A stretch of DNA of 64,000 bases, taken from the NCBI GenBank assembly GCA_965232515.1, contig CBDDPY010000002.1, positions 4,960,001-5,024,000 of the forward strand. The letters are read 5' to 3'. Each line of letters begins with the position of its first letter. Within the stretch, counting starts at the first letter, position 1. The notes under the pieces were generated by a model. It saw only the letters and a list, made by a program, of their open reading frames with translations. It was not told the origin of the DNA and ran no database searches. The DNA is from Alphaproteobacteria bacterium. GTDB taxonomy: Bacteria; Pseudomonadota; Alphaproteobacteria; GCA-2731375. The translations under genes were made by a program, and so were the position numbers. This document shows, in pieces, positions 1-8,903 of this stretch.

Positions 1-398
1 CGGACGAGGACGGCCTGTTCGGCTCGGCGCCGCACACCGATTACGGGTTCATCACGCTGCTGGCCCAGGACGATGTCGGCGGGCTCGAGGTGCGCAACCG
101 TGACGGCCGCTGGATTGCGGCGCCGCCGGTCGACGGCAGTTTCGTCTTGAATGTCGGCGACATCCTGTCGCGCTGGAGCAATGGGCTTTTCGCCTCGACG
201 CCGCACCGCGTGATCAACCGGTCGGGACGGCAGCGCTATTCCCAGCCCTATTTCTTCGACCCGTCCATGGACAGTGTCATCGCGCCGCTGCCGGACTGCG
301 CCGGAGCGGACGGCGCGTCCGATTTCGCGCCCGTTCGCTATGGCGACTATCTGATGTCCCGCCTCGACCAGAACTACGACTACCGCAAATCGGGTTAG
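1..398 (+). CDS. 2OG-Fe(II) oxygenase, isopenicillin N synthase family (5'-truncated by window edge)
   Basis: Frame from nt 3 reads ..GSAPHTDYGFITLLAQDDVGGLEV..STPHRV..RYSQPYF, giving the HxD..H iron triad and the RxS 2OG motif. Confidence 0.9.
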   Translation, partial: DEDGLFGSAPHTDYGFITLLAQDDVGGLEVRNRDGRWIAAPPVDGSFVLNVGDILSRWSNGLFASTPHRVINRSGRQRYSQPYFFDPSMDSVIAPLPDCAGADGASDFAPVRYGDYLMSRLDQNYDYRKSG

Positions 399-3037
399 CC
401 GGCCTTGGCGTAGGCGCGCAGGCGGCCGGCCGGCAGCCGGACCACGGCCGTCGTACCCTGGCCGGGTGTGCTGTCGAGCGTCAGCGAGCCGCCGTGCAGC
501 TCCGCCAACGCCTTGCTCACCGACAGGCCGAGGCCGGTGCCTTCGGCGGCGATATCGGCGCTCAGCTCGGCCTGCTCGAACGGCGACAGCACGCGTTCGA
601 TCGATGCCGGATCGATGCCGATGCCGTCGTCGCGCACCGACAGCGCGACGTCGCCGTCGGCCGTCCGTTGCAGCGACACCTCGATCCGCCCGCCTTCCGA
701 GGTGAACTTCACGGCGTTGGACAAGAGGTTCAGCAGGATCTGCCGCAGCAATCGGGAGTCGGCCCAAAGCTGGATCGGCCCGCTGATGTCGGCCAATGCC
801 ATTGTCAGCTTCGCGGCCTCGGCACGCGGCTGCATCAAGCGCAGGCAGTCGCGTGTCAGGTCGTCCACGTCGACCACCTCCTCGTTCAGATCCAGCTTGC
901 CGGCCTCGATCTTCGCCAGGTCCAGCAGATCCGAGACGATGCCCAGCAGATGCTGACCGCTGGCGTGGATATCCGCGGCATAGCCCTTGTAGGCCTCGAC
1001 GCCGACCGGACCGGCAATTTCGTCCCGGATCATCTCCGAAAAGCCGATGATGGCGTTCAGCGGCGTGCGCAGCTCGTGACTCATACCGGCCAGGAATTCC
1101 GATTTCGCGCTGTTCGCCCGCTCGGCCTCGAAGGTCGCCCGCTGCAGTTCCTGCTCCATGCGCTTGCGCTCGGTGATGTCGGTGCCGATGGTGACGGTGC
1201 TGCCGTCGGCCATGCGTTGTTCGCGGATCAGAAACCACTGGTCGCCGCGGCGGGACATTTCAAATGGACCCTCGGGATAGCGGTGGCGCAGCAGACGCTG
1301 CTGCAGCCACGTTTCCTCCCGGCCCCCGGCTTCGGGCACGAGGCCCGCGGCAAGAACGGCGCGGATATAGTCTTCGTAGCTGACGCCCGGCCGTGTCGCT
1401 TCCGGCACTTCGGCGTTGATGTCGCGATAGCGCTGGTTGCAGATCAGCAACCGGTCGTCCGGGCTCCACAGCACGAATATGTCCACCAGGCCCTCGACCG
1501 CCGTCGACAGTCGTTGCTGCGCCAGCTCGGCTCGTTGTTGGGCCTTGTACTGTTCGGTCAGATCGGATCCGGTGCCGCGATAGCCCTTGAACGTGCCGTT
1601 CTCGTCGAATATCGGGACGCCGCTGATCCTCATCCAAACATCGCCCTTCGATCCACGACGGCGGTAGGCGAAATCTTTGAATGGCTGCCGCGCCTCGAGC
1701 GCCGCCAGGTGCTCAGTCCAGGTCTCCGCCGATACGTCGGGAATGCCGACTTCCTCGCGCCGCTTGCCGTAGTGCCATTCCGCCGGTAGGCCGGCCACCC
1801 TCTCGATCTCGGCCGAGATGTAGGTGAAGCGAAGATCGGCGTCCATTTCCCAGAACCAGTCCGAGGACGCCGCGGCGAAGTCGCGGAAGCGGCTCTCGCC
1901 ATCCGCCAGCGCCTGCGCCATCAGCACCCTGTCGGTGATGTCGGTGCCGGTGCCGCGATAGCCCAGAAAGACGCCATTGGCGTCGAACACCGGTTTGCCG
2001 TTGATCGACAGATAGACGCGGGTGCCGTCCGGCTTGGTGCGCGGATGCTCGAACCCGCGAAACGGCCGGTGCGCCTTCAGGTCGTCGAGATGGCGTTGCC
2101 AGTAATCGGCCGCGACGCCGGGGTTGCCGGTTTCCTCACGCGTCCGCCCCAGCATTTGCTTTGCCGATACGCCGGCGATCTCGCTCATGCGCGAGGAGAA
2201 GTAGCTGAACCGGAGATCCTGGTCCATTTCCCAGTAGAAGTCGGACGCCGCGTCAGCGAAATGCCGGAACCGCTGCTCGCGCGCCCGCAGCTCGTCGATA
2301 TGAGCGGTCGACACTTGCTTTAGGAGATCGTTGAACGACGTGACGATGTCGCCGATCTCGTCGGCCTTCGGATAGGTCAAGGCGTAGCGCCCGGCATGGG
2401 CGGTATCGCGGCGGGCGGCGAGCAGCCCCTGTCTCAGCTGCAGGATCGGCCGCAGGACCTTTTGGCTGAGGATCAGCACGGTAGCCGCGGCGACGCCCAG
2501 CGACAGAATCAGGACCAGGCCGGCGATGCGCCAGACGAACGCGGTCAGTTCCGTACCGATCCAGGCCGCATCCAATCTAGCCGCGACCGCGAACGGCAGG
2601 CCGGTCGCGTCCGGCGTCCACAGGACATCCAGGTTGGCGCCGTCGGCCGAGCGTTCGCGACGAAAGGCGTCGTCCGTCGGCGTCAGGTCGGGCGCGACGC
2701 CGAAGCTGCCGATCGTTGTGCCGTCGGCGCGAAACAGCGTCCCGCCGCGAAAGTGCGGCGACCTGTTCAGCAATCGGCCGGTCAGCATCAGGTCGCGGTC
2801 GCTGGCGTGCGCCCTTGGCCCGAAAGCGGCGATGGCCGCGGTCATCCCGGCGTCTTCCAGCCGGTCCAGCAGATCGGTCTCGTAGCGCAGGTATGACGGC
2901 ACCAGCACGATGGCCTCGATGATCAGGATGCTGACAAAGACGGTCAGCGCGACGGTCCGGCATAGCCGGCTGCGCAGCAACTCGCCGCCGATGCCGGGTG
3001 GAACCGGCGGGTCTGGTCGTGACTGATGATCCGACAT
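395..3037 (-). CDS. Membrane sensor histidine kinase (2 TM, HAMP-like, multiple PAS, HisKA, HATPase)
   Basis: H-box FLAGMSHELRTPLNAIIGF, N-box QILLNLLSNAVKFT, DDGIG and GTGLGL boxes; two tandem PAS repeats (SDFYWEMD/SDWFWEMD). Confidence 0.92.
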   Translation of the reverse strand: MSDHQSRPDPPVPPGIGGELLRSRLCRTVALTVFVSILIIEAIVLVPSYLRYETDLLDRLEDAGMTAAIAAFGPRAHASDRDLMLTGRLLNRSPHFRGGTLFRADGTTIGSFGVAPDLTPTDDAFRRERSADGANLDVLWTPDATGLPFAVAARLDAAWIGTELTAFVWRIAGLVLILSLGVAAATVLILSQKVLRPILQLRQGLLAARRDTAHAGRYALTYPKADEIGDIVTSFNDLLKQVSTAHIDELRAREQRFRHFADAASDFYWEMDQDLRFSYFSSRMSEIAGVSAKQMLGRTREETGNPGVAADYWQRHLDDLKAHRPFRGFEHPRTKPDGTRVYLSINGKPVFDANGVFLGYRGTGTDITDRVLMAQALADGESRFRDFAAASSDWFWEMDADLRFTYISAEIERVAGLPAEWHYGKRREEVGIPDVSAETWTEHLAALEARQPFKDFAYRRRGSKGDVWMRISGVPIFDENGTFKGYRGTGSDLTEQYKAQQRAELAQQRLSTAVEGLVDIFVLWSPDDRLLICNQRYRDINAEVPEATRPGVSYEDYIRAVLAAGLVPEAGGREETWLQQRLLRHRYPEGPFEMSRRGDQWFLIREQRMADGSTVTIGTDITERKRMEQELQRATFEAERANSAKSEFLAGMSHELRTPLNAIIGFSEMIRDEIAGPVGVEAYKGYAADIHASGQHLLGIVSDLLDLAKIEAGKLDLNEEVVDVDDLTRDCLRLMQPRAEAAKLTMALADISGPIQLWADSRLLRQILLNLLSNAVKFTSEGGRIEVSLQRTADGDVALSVRDDGIGIDPASIERVLSPFEQAELSADIAAEGTGLGLSVSKALAELHGGSLTLDSTPGQGTTAVVRLPAGRLRAYAKAG

Positions 3038-3309
3038 CCGTGCGGCCGGCTGGTCTTCCTGATACGCGTTGCCGGCGATAGTCTGCCGTTCGGCCTTGTA
3101 ACAATGGTTAATGACCGGCGCGGAATGAAGATTTCCTTGCTATTTTCCTGTCGTATTCTCGTTTTTCGGGATTGTCGGCTAATTTCGGTGACGCCTGACG
3201 GCGAATTCACGGCTAGACAGGCCACCCGTACAGTGCCCACTCTTTAGCAGTTTCGAAGGTGGCGTCCGGCGACCGGGCCGGTGGCCGCCGGGTGTCGCGG
3301 AGATCCGCC

Positions 3310-3912
3310 ATGAGCGCGCCGACGAACCGGAACGTTGATGCCAGAACGCGCGTTGCGCGGCAGGGCGACGCGCGGACGATCGCCGAGTTGTATTTGTCGG
3401 CGTCGGGCGACGTCGCCCAGCGGGTCTGGTCGCGGCATGTCCGGGGCGATGCCTCCGTGCTCGATGTCGGCGAGCAGGTCTTCGCCCGGGCCGAGGGCCG
3501 GCTGACCTGCGACCACAGCATCGTCGTCGAGGTGGGCGAGACCGTCGTCGGCATGATGGTGGCCTTTCCCAACGACGCGGCGGGCGCGAGCCGGCGCGTC
3601 GATCAGCTCGATCGTATTCCGGTCGAGTTTCCGGAATGGCCGGCCGAACGCATGCTGCACATCGCCGCGATGGTGTTGCGGCCGGACTATCGCGGACAGG
3701 GGCTGGGCGAGAAGCTGCTGAACCTGGCCGAGACCGAGGCCGCGACCACGGGGCTCGCGGCGACCACCGTCATCGTGCCCGCGCGAAACGAGACCGGCTG
3801 TCAGTTCCTGCGCGACCACGGCTATATGGAATTCGATCGCCAGGACCTGCCCGACCCGCCGCGGGACGGGCGGTCGACGCAGGCCATCCTGTTCGCGAAA
3901 TACGTCGGCTGA
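3310..3912 (+). CDS. GNAT family N-acetyltransferase
   Basis: Acetyl-CoA motif LRPDYRGQGLGEKLL; ATG at 3310 preceded by GGAG. Confidence 0.8.
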   Translation: MSAPTNRNVDARTRVARQGDARTIAELYLSASGDVAQRVWSRHVRGDASVLDVGEQVFARAEGRLTCDHSIVVEVGETVVGMMVAFPNDAAGASRRVDQLDRIPVEFPEWPAERMLHIAAMVLRPDYRGQGLGEKLLNLAETEAATTGLAATTVIVPARNETGCQFLRDHGYMEFDRQDLPDPPRDGRSTQAILFAKYVG

Positions 3913-3913
3913 C

Positions 3914-5860
3914 TCAGGTCGCCGATCCGCAGACGCGCAGATCCTCGATCGCTCTTGTCGGCCCGCGCGACCTGGCGCCCGTCGTGATCGGCTTGCTCCC
4001 GGTTTTGACCGATCCGCTGCCAAGCCGGCCCTGATCGGCGAGCTTGGTCGCCTCGTCCATGCGCCCGAGCTTGACCAGCGCCGCGGCCAGTGCCATGCGC
4101 GGCCAGATGTCGGTGTCGGATAACCGCGTCCCCGACGGTCCGGCCGTATCCCGTGCGTCATGCCGGACCGACGGCGAGGTCTGTCGAGACAGGCTCAACG
4201 CCCGGTCGATGTGCCGCACCGCTTCATCTTGCCGCCCCAGCACGGCCTGAATCTGGCCCAGGCTGAGATAGGCCTGCGCGTGGCTGGGCGTTTCCGCGAC
4301 CGCGCGCTCCAGCAGTTCCAGACCGGCCTCGTGGTCGGCGCCGAACGCCATGGCCCCGCCCAGCACCATGACGGGGAACGAGTCCGACGGCTGCAGGTCG
4401 ATCGCCCGCTGCGCCAGCCGGATCGACTGTGCCATCTCCTGGGCGACGTCGCTCGCCAGGTTCAGCGCCACCCGCACCAGATGCACGTAGGCGAGCCCGG
4501 CATAGGGCGCGGCGAAGCCCGGCGCCAGCGTGTTGGCCTGTCGGAAATGCGCTTCCGCCTTGTCGACCTCCTCGCGCGTCAGCCGATAGGCGTGCCGCAT
4601 GCCGTGTTGGAATTGTTCCCAGGCGTCGAGGTTGTCGGCCTGCAGCCGCGGCAGCCGCTCGCGCTGGTGCACGCGGATCTGGGCGTCGATCGTTTCGATG
4701 ATCTCGCCGCTGATATCGTCCAGCAACGCGAAGATGTCGTCGATGTCCCGGTCGTAGCGGTTGGCCCAGAGCTGCTGGCCCGACCGCGGGTCCACCAGGC
4801 GGGCGGTGACGCGGATCCGACCGTCGGCCCGGCGCACGCTGCCCAGGATCACATATGTCGCGCCCAGCTCGGCATGCAGCGCCGTCAGGCCGTCCCCGTC
4901 GTGACCGGTCTCAAACGTCGATTGCCGCGAGAACACGTGATAGTCGCTGATCTTCGACAACTCGACGATCAGGTCCTCGGTGATGCCGACGGCGATATGG
5001 TCCTGGTCGGCGTCGACGGTCAGGCTGTCGAACTGCAGGATCGCGATCCGCGGCTTGGCCGCGAAGGTCGAACTCTCGGCCGCGGCGCCGTTCGTTGCCG
5101 GCGGTTCGCCGGCCATGGCGCCGGTTTTCTGATCGTTGCGCGTATGCCGCCGCGCCTCGTCGAACAGATCCTTGGTCTCGTCTTCCGGCTCGGCGCCCAG
5201 GTGTTCGCGCACGGCGTCGACACAGCTCGCATACTGCTTGATCGCGGCGTTGTGCCGCCCCCGCCGGATCAGCGTCCGGATAATCGCGCGATGCGCCTCC
5301 TCGCAGGCCTCGTCGGCCCGCAGCAGCTGCAGTGCCAGGCTCTCGGCCGCATCGAACGCCGGCTCCGAGCCGGCGATCTCGGAGAGCTTCTCGGCCAGCC
5401 GCTCGGCGACGTTACGCAGCGACTGCCGTTCGATGCGCAGCCAGTCGTCGAAGCTGGCGTCAGCCGCCTTGACGTCACTCAGCAGATCGCCGCGGTAGAG
5501 CAGCGCGGCCCGTGTAAGCGCGTCCTCACCGCCGTCCGTCAGCAGCGACGCAAATTCCTCGACGTCGACCTGCACCGCGTCGGCTTCCAGTCGCAGCTCC
5601 GTCGCCGACGTCCACAGCGCGTCGCCGGCGTCGTGGCTTTCCAGCAGCCGCCGGATGTCGCTCAGCGCCCGGCGCAGGCTACCCGATGACTGCGCGTCGC
5701 CGCGGTCGCTCCACAAGAGGTTGCGCACGGCCTCGCGCCGGATGGTCTTGCCCGGGTTGAACGCCAGCAGCGCGAACAGCATGGCTGTCTTGCGGGTCGG
5801 AAATTCGATCGCAGCGGTGCCGTCGACGGCCAACGGGCCAAGCAGGCGAACGGTCAGCAT
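3914..5860 (-). CDS. SARP-type (wHTH-BTAD) transcriptional regulator with TolB_N-like and TPR domains
   Basis: LTVRLLGPL..PTRKTAMLFALLA..LYRGDLL..FDDWL..EEAHRAII (BTAD), then PRIAILQF..GITEDLIVELSK..LWANRYDR and TPRs. Confidence 0.85.
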   Translation of the reverse strand: MLTVRLLGPLAVDGTAAIEFPTRKTAMLFALLAFNPGKTIRREAVRNLLWSDRGDAQSSGSLRRALSDIRRLLESHDAGDALWTSATELRLEADAVQVDVEEFASLLTDGGEDALTRAALLYRGDLLSDVKAADASFDDWLRIERQSLRNVAERLAEKLSEIAGSEPAFDAAESLALQLLRADEACEEAHRAIIRTLIRRGRHNAAIKQYASCVDAVREHLGAEPEDETKDLFDEARRHTRNDQKTGAMAGEPPATNGAAAESSTFAAKPRIAILQFDSLTVDADQDHIAVGITEDLIVELSKISDYHVFSRQSTFETGHDGDGLTALHAELGATYVILGSVRRADGRIRVTARLVDPRSGQQLWANRYDRDIDDIFALLDDISGEIIETIDAQIRVHQRERLPRLQADNLDAWEQFQHGMRHAYRLTREEVDKAEAHFRQANTLAPGFAAPYAGLAYVHLVRVALNLASDVAQEMAQSIRLAQRAIDLQPSDSFPVMVLGGAMAFGADHEAGLELLERAVAETPSHAQAYLSLGQIQAVLGRQDEAVRHIDRALSLSRQTSPSVRHDARDTAGPSGTRLSDTDIWPRMALAAALVKLGRMDEATKLADQGRLGSGSVKTGSKPITTGARSRGPTRAIEDLRVCGSAT

Positions 5861-6402
5861 GATCGGTCACCGTGCGTTGCCGTGGCCGGCGGCGATCCGA
5901 TGCTTATCGCGATGGCGTTCCGGATTGGCGGTTTTCGTGTTTTCGCGCATTTGTGCGAACTATCCCCACGGGCGTCGGTTGAGTCCGAGGCCCCGATGCA
6001 GTCTGGACGCGATGCGTGTTTCGCCGATGTCGCGAAACCGTGAAATTGGTTTCAATTGTTTCCGCCCGACCGAAGCGTTCTCGACCGGCCAATCGAAAAA
6101 TTTTTTCCGCCCTGTCGAATTCACGCTCAGGTAACGCCAAGCCGCGCGGCGAAATCACGCGCGCCCCCCATCTTCCGTTTCGGGTCGCGGACGAATCCGT
6201 CTCGCCGGCCCCGAATGCGAACGTTTTGAGGGAGTCGATGCAGCTTTGGTTCTAAGGGTTTCGGACCGACCGGCGGATGCGCGCCCGCGTCCACGCGATC
6301 CGCGCCGCCGACCTGGACCAGCCATGGAACCTCACCGATTCCCACCATCCGGCCCGGCGCCGGATCATCCGACATCGGTTCTGAATTGAAAGGAATGGAA
6401 CA

Positions 6403-7497
6403 ATGTCCACGCTTGGTTTTGCCGAATATCTCTGGCTTGACGGCAGTCAGCCGACACAGCGTATCCGCTCGAAGGCGCGGGTCGTCCAGGTCCCCGAACA
6501 GCCCGACGCGGCCGATTTTCCGGAATGGAGCTTCGACGGCTCGTCGACCGAACAGGCGACCGGCGACGATTCCGATTGCTTCCTGCTGCCCGTGCGCGTC
6601 GCCGCCGACCCGCTGCAGGGGCCGGGCCATTACCTGGTGCTCTGCGAGGTTCTGAACCCCGACGGCACGCCGCATGCGACGAACCAGCGCGCCCGGCTGC
6701 GCCAGGTGCTCGATGCCATCGATCCCGAGGACGCGCCGTGGGTCGGCTTCGAGCAGGAATACACGATCTATCGCGACGGCCGTCCGCTCGGCTTTCCGGC
6801 GAACGGGTTCCCCGGGCCGCAGGGGCCTTACTACTGCGGCGTCGGCGCGGACCGCGCCTTCGGCCGTGACGTGGTGTTGCGCCACGCGCATGCCTGCCTT
6901 GCCGCCGGCTTGCGTTTCTACGGCATCAACGCCGAGGTGATGCCCGGCCAGTGGGAGTTCCAGATCGGCTACCGCGGCATCGAGGACGAAACCGGCGATG
7001 CGCTCGCCATGGCCGACCATCTCTGGATGGCGCGTTACCTGCTGCACCGCGTCGGCGAGGCCGCCGGCGTGATGATCTCGTTCGACAACAAGCCGGTGCA
7101 GGGCGACTGGAACGGCGCCGGCATGCACACGAACTTCTCGACCTCGGCGACCCGCGATCCGCGGCGCGGCTTCGACGCCATTCATCAGGCCGTCGCCAGC
7201 CTGGAAGACAGTCACGAGTTCCATATCGGCTATTACGGCGACCGCCTCTACGAACGGCTGACCGGCCTGCACGAGACCTGCGACATCGACACCTTCAAGT
7301 CGGGTGTCGCGCATCGCGGCGCCTCGATCCGGATCCCGCATCCGGTGGCGATCAAGGGCCACGGTTATCTGGAGGACCGCCGTCCCGGCGCCAACGCCGA
7401 TCCCTATCTCGTCGCCGCCTGCCTGATCGCGACGGTCTGTGACGCCACGCAGGCGTTCCATGCCTTCGACTTGGGCGACCAGGCGGTCGCTGCCTAA
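6403..7497 (+). CDS. glnII: Glutamine synthetase type II
   Basis: AEYLWLDG, WSFDGSST, GFEQEY, QGPYYCGVG, GINAEVMPGQWEFQIG, DWNGAGMHTNFS, LTGLHET, YLEDRRP; 364 aa is GSII length. Confidence 0.95.
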   Translation: MSTLGFAEYLWLDGSQPTQRIRSKARVVQVPEQPDAADFPEWSFDGSSTEQATGDDSDCFLLPVRVAADPLQGPGHYLVLCEVLNPDGTPHATNQRARLRQVLDAIDPEDAPWVGFEQEYTIYRDGRPLGFPANGFPGPQGPYYCGVGADRAFGRDVVLRHAHACLAAGLRFYGINAEVMPGQWEFQIGYRGIEDETGDALAMADHLWMARYLLHRVGEAAGVMISFDNKPVQGDWNGAGMHTNFSTSATRDPRRGFDAIHQAVASLEDSHEFHIGYYGDRLYERLTGLHETCDIDTFKSGVAHRGASIRIPHPVAIKGHGYLEDRRPGANADPYLVAACLIATVCDATQAFHAFDLGDQAVAA

Positions 7498-7499
7498 GC

Positions 7500-7521
7500 G
7501 CGGCGCCCCATGGGGCGCCGC
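7500..7521. other. Perfect 22-bp GC-rich palindrome directly after glnII (possible mRNA stem-loop)
   Basis: GCGGCGCCCCATGGGGCGCCGC, no U-tract. Confidence 0.55.
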
Positions 7522-7538
7522 ATTCATCGGAGAAGAAA

Positions 7539-8837
7539 ATGAAACGCTTCAATCTCGCGATCGGCCTCACGGCGGCATTGGCGTCGCTCTTGGCCGCGCC
7601 GGCCCTGGCGGCGGATCCGACCGCCGCCGAGGTCGGCTTCATCCTCAACAATCTGTTCGTGCTGCTGTGCGGCGCGCTGGTCATGTTCATGGCCGCCGGC
7701 TTCGCCATGCTCGAGGCCGGCACGGTCCGCAGCAAGTCGGTGGCGGCGATCTGCACCAAGAACATTGCGCTTTACGCCATCGCCGGCGTGATGTTCTTCG
7801 CCTCGGGCTATCAGTTGATGTATGGCGACAGCACGGGCGGTCTCTTCGGCACGCTGGGGTTCTGGCAGGCCGACGATAGCGCCATCGCAGCCGGCGACCT
7901 GTCGGCCGGTCTGGCGCCGGCCACCGACTGGTTCTTCCAGATGGTGTTCGTCGCCACCGCCGCCTCGGTGGTCTCGGGCGCGCTCGCCGAGCGGGCCCGT
8001 TTCTGGGGCTTCGCCGCCTTCACCGTTGTGCTGGCCGGTCTGATCTATCCCGTGATCGGGCATTGGACCTGGGGCGGCGGCTGGCTCGCCGAGCTCGGCT
8101 TCGTCGACTTCGCCGGCTCCACGATCGTGCACTCGGTCGGCGGCTGGGCCGCCTTGGCCGGCGCGGTCATCATCGGCGCGCGGCAGGGCCGGTTCGACAA
8201 GAACGGCAAGGCCCGCGTGATGCTGCCGTCGTCGATGCCGCACGTGACGTTGGGCACGTTCATCCTTTGGCTCGGCTGGTTCGGCTTCAACGGCGGCTCG
8301 CAGCTGTCGCTGTCCAGCGTCGACGATGTCGTCGCGGTGGCGCACATCTTCGTCAACACCAACGTCGCCGCCGCGGCGGGCGTGGTGACCATCGCCATTG
8401 CCAGCCAGCTGATGCTGCGGCGTCTCGACCTGCCGCTGATCCTGAACGGCGCGCTTGCCGGCCTGGTCAGCATCACGGCCGAGCCGTTCGCGCCGACGAT
8501 CTGGCAGGCCATGCTGATCGGCGCCGTCGGCGCGCTGGTGATGATGGCGGCCAGCCGTCTGATGGAAGCGCTGTCGATCGACGACGTGGTCGGCGCGGTG
8601 CCGGTGCACCTGGCGGCCGGCATCTGGGGCACGCTCGCCGTGGCGCTCACCAATGCGGACGCCAGCTTCGCCGTCCAGGCAATCGGCGTTGCCGCCGTCG
8701 GCGTCTTCGTCGGCTCGGTTTCGCTGGTCGCGTGGCTCGCGCTCAAGGCGACCGTCGGCATCCGGCTGCGGCGCGCGCACGAAGAAGCGGGCGGGGATAT
8801 CGCCGAGCTCGGTATCCGCGCTTACAACCTGTCATGA
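7539..8837 (+). CDS. amtB: Ammonium transporter (Amt)
   Basis: Signal peptide; FFQMVF, SGALAER, DFAGSTIVHSVGG, WLGWFGFNGGS, DDVVGAVPVHL with both conserved His. Confidence 0.95.
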   Translation: MKRFNLAIGLTAALASLLAAPALAADPTAAEVGFILNNLFVLLCGALVMFMAAGFAMLEAGTVRSKSVAAICTKNIALYAIAGVMFFASGYQLMYGDSTGGLFGTLGFWQADDSAIAAGDLSAGLAPATDWFFQMVFVATAASVVSGALAERARFWGFAAFTVVLAGLIYPVIGHWTWGGGWLAELGFVDFAGSTIVHSVGGWAALAGAVIIGARQGRFDKNGKARVMLPSSMPHVTLGTFILWLGWFGFNGGSQLSLSSVDDVVAVAHIFVNTNVAAAAGVVTIAIASQLMLRRLDLPLILNGALAGLVSITAEPFAPTIWQAMLIGAVGALVMMAASRLMEALSIDDVVGAVPVHLAAGIWGTLAVALTNADASFAVQAIGVAAVGVFVGSVSLVAWLALKATVGIRLRRAHEEAGGDIAELGIRAYNLS

Positions 8838-8903
8838 CCTTGACATGACCTTGGTGGGGGCCGGCCGTCGCGCCGGTCCCCATCCTCTTTGGATGATCAG
8901 ACA

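Noticed and set aside
395-3037. Orphan histidine kinase as a novelty
   Set aside because: Multi-PAS orphan kinases are common in alphaproteobacteria, and the response regulator may lie elsewhere.
8833-8854. Tandem 11-bp near-duplication CATGACCTTG(A/G) at the amtB stop
   Set aside because: Only two units, probably a slippage duplication with no evident function.
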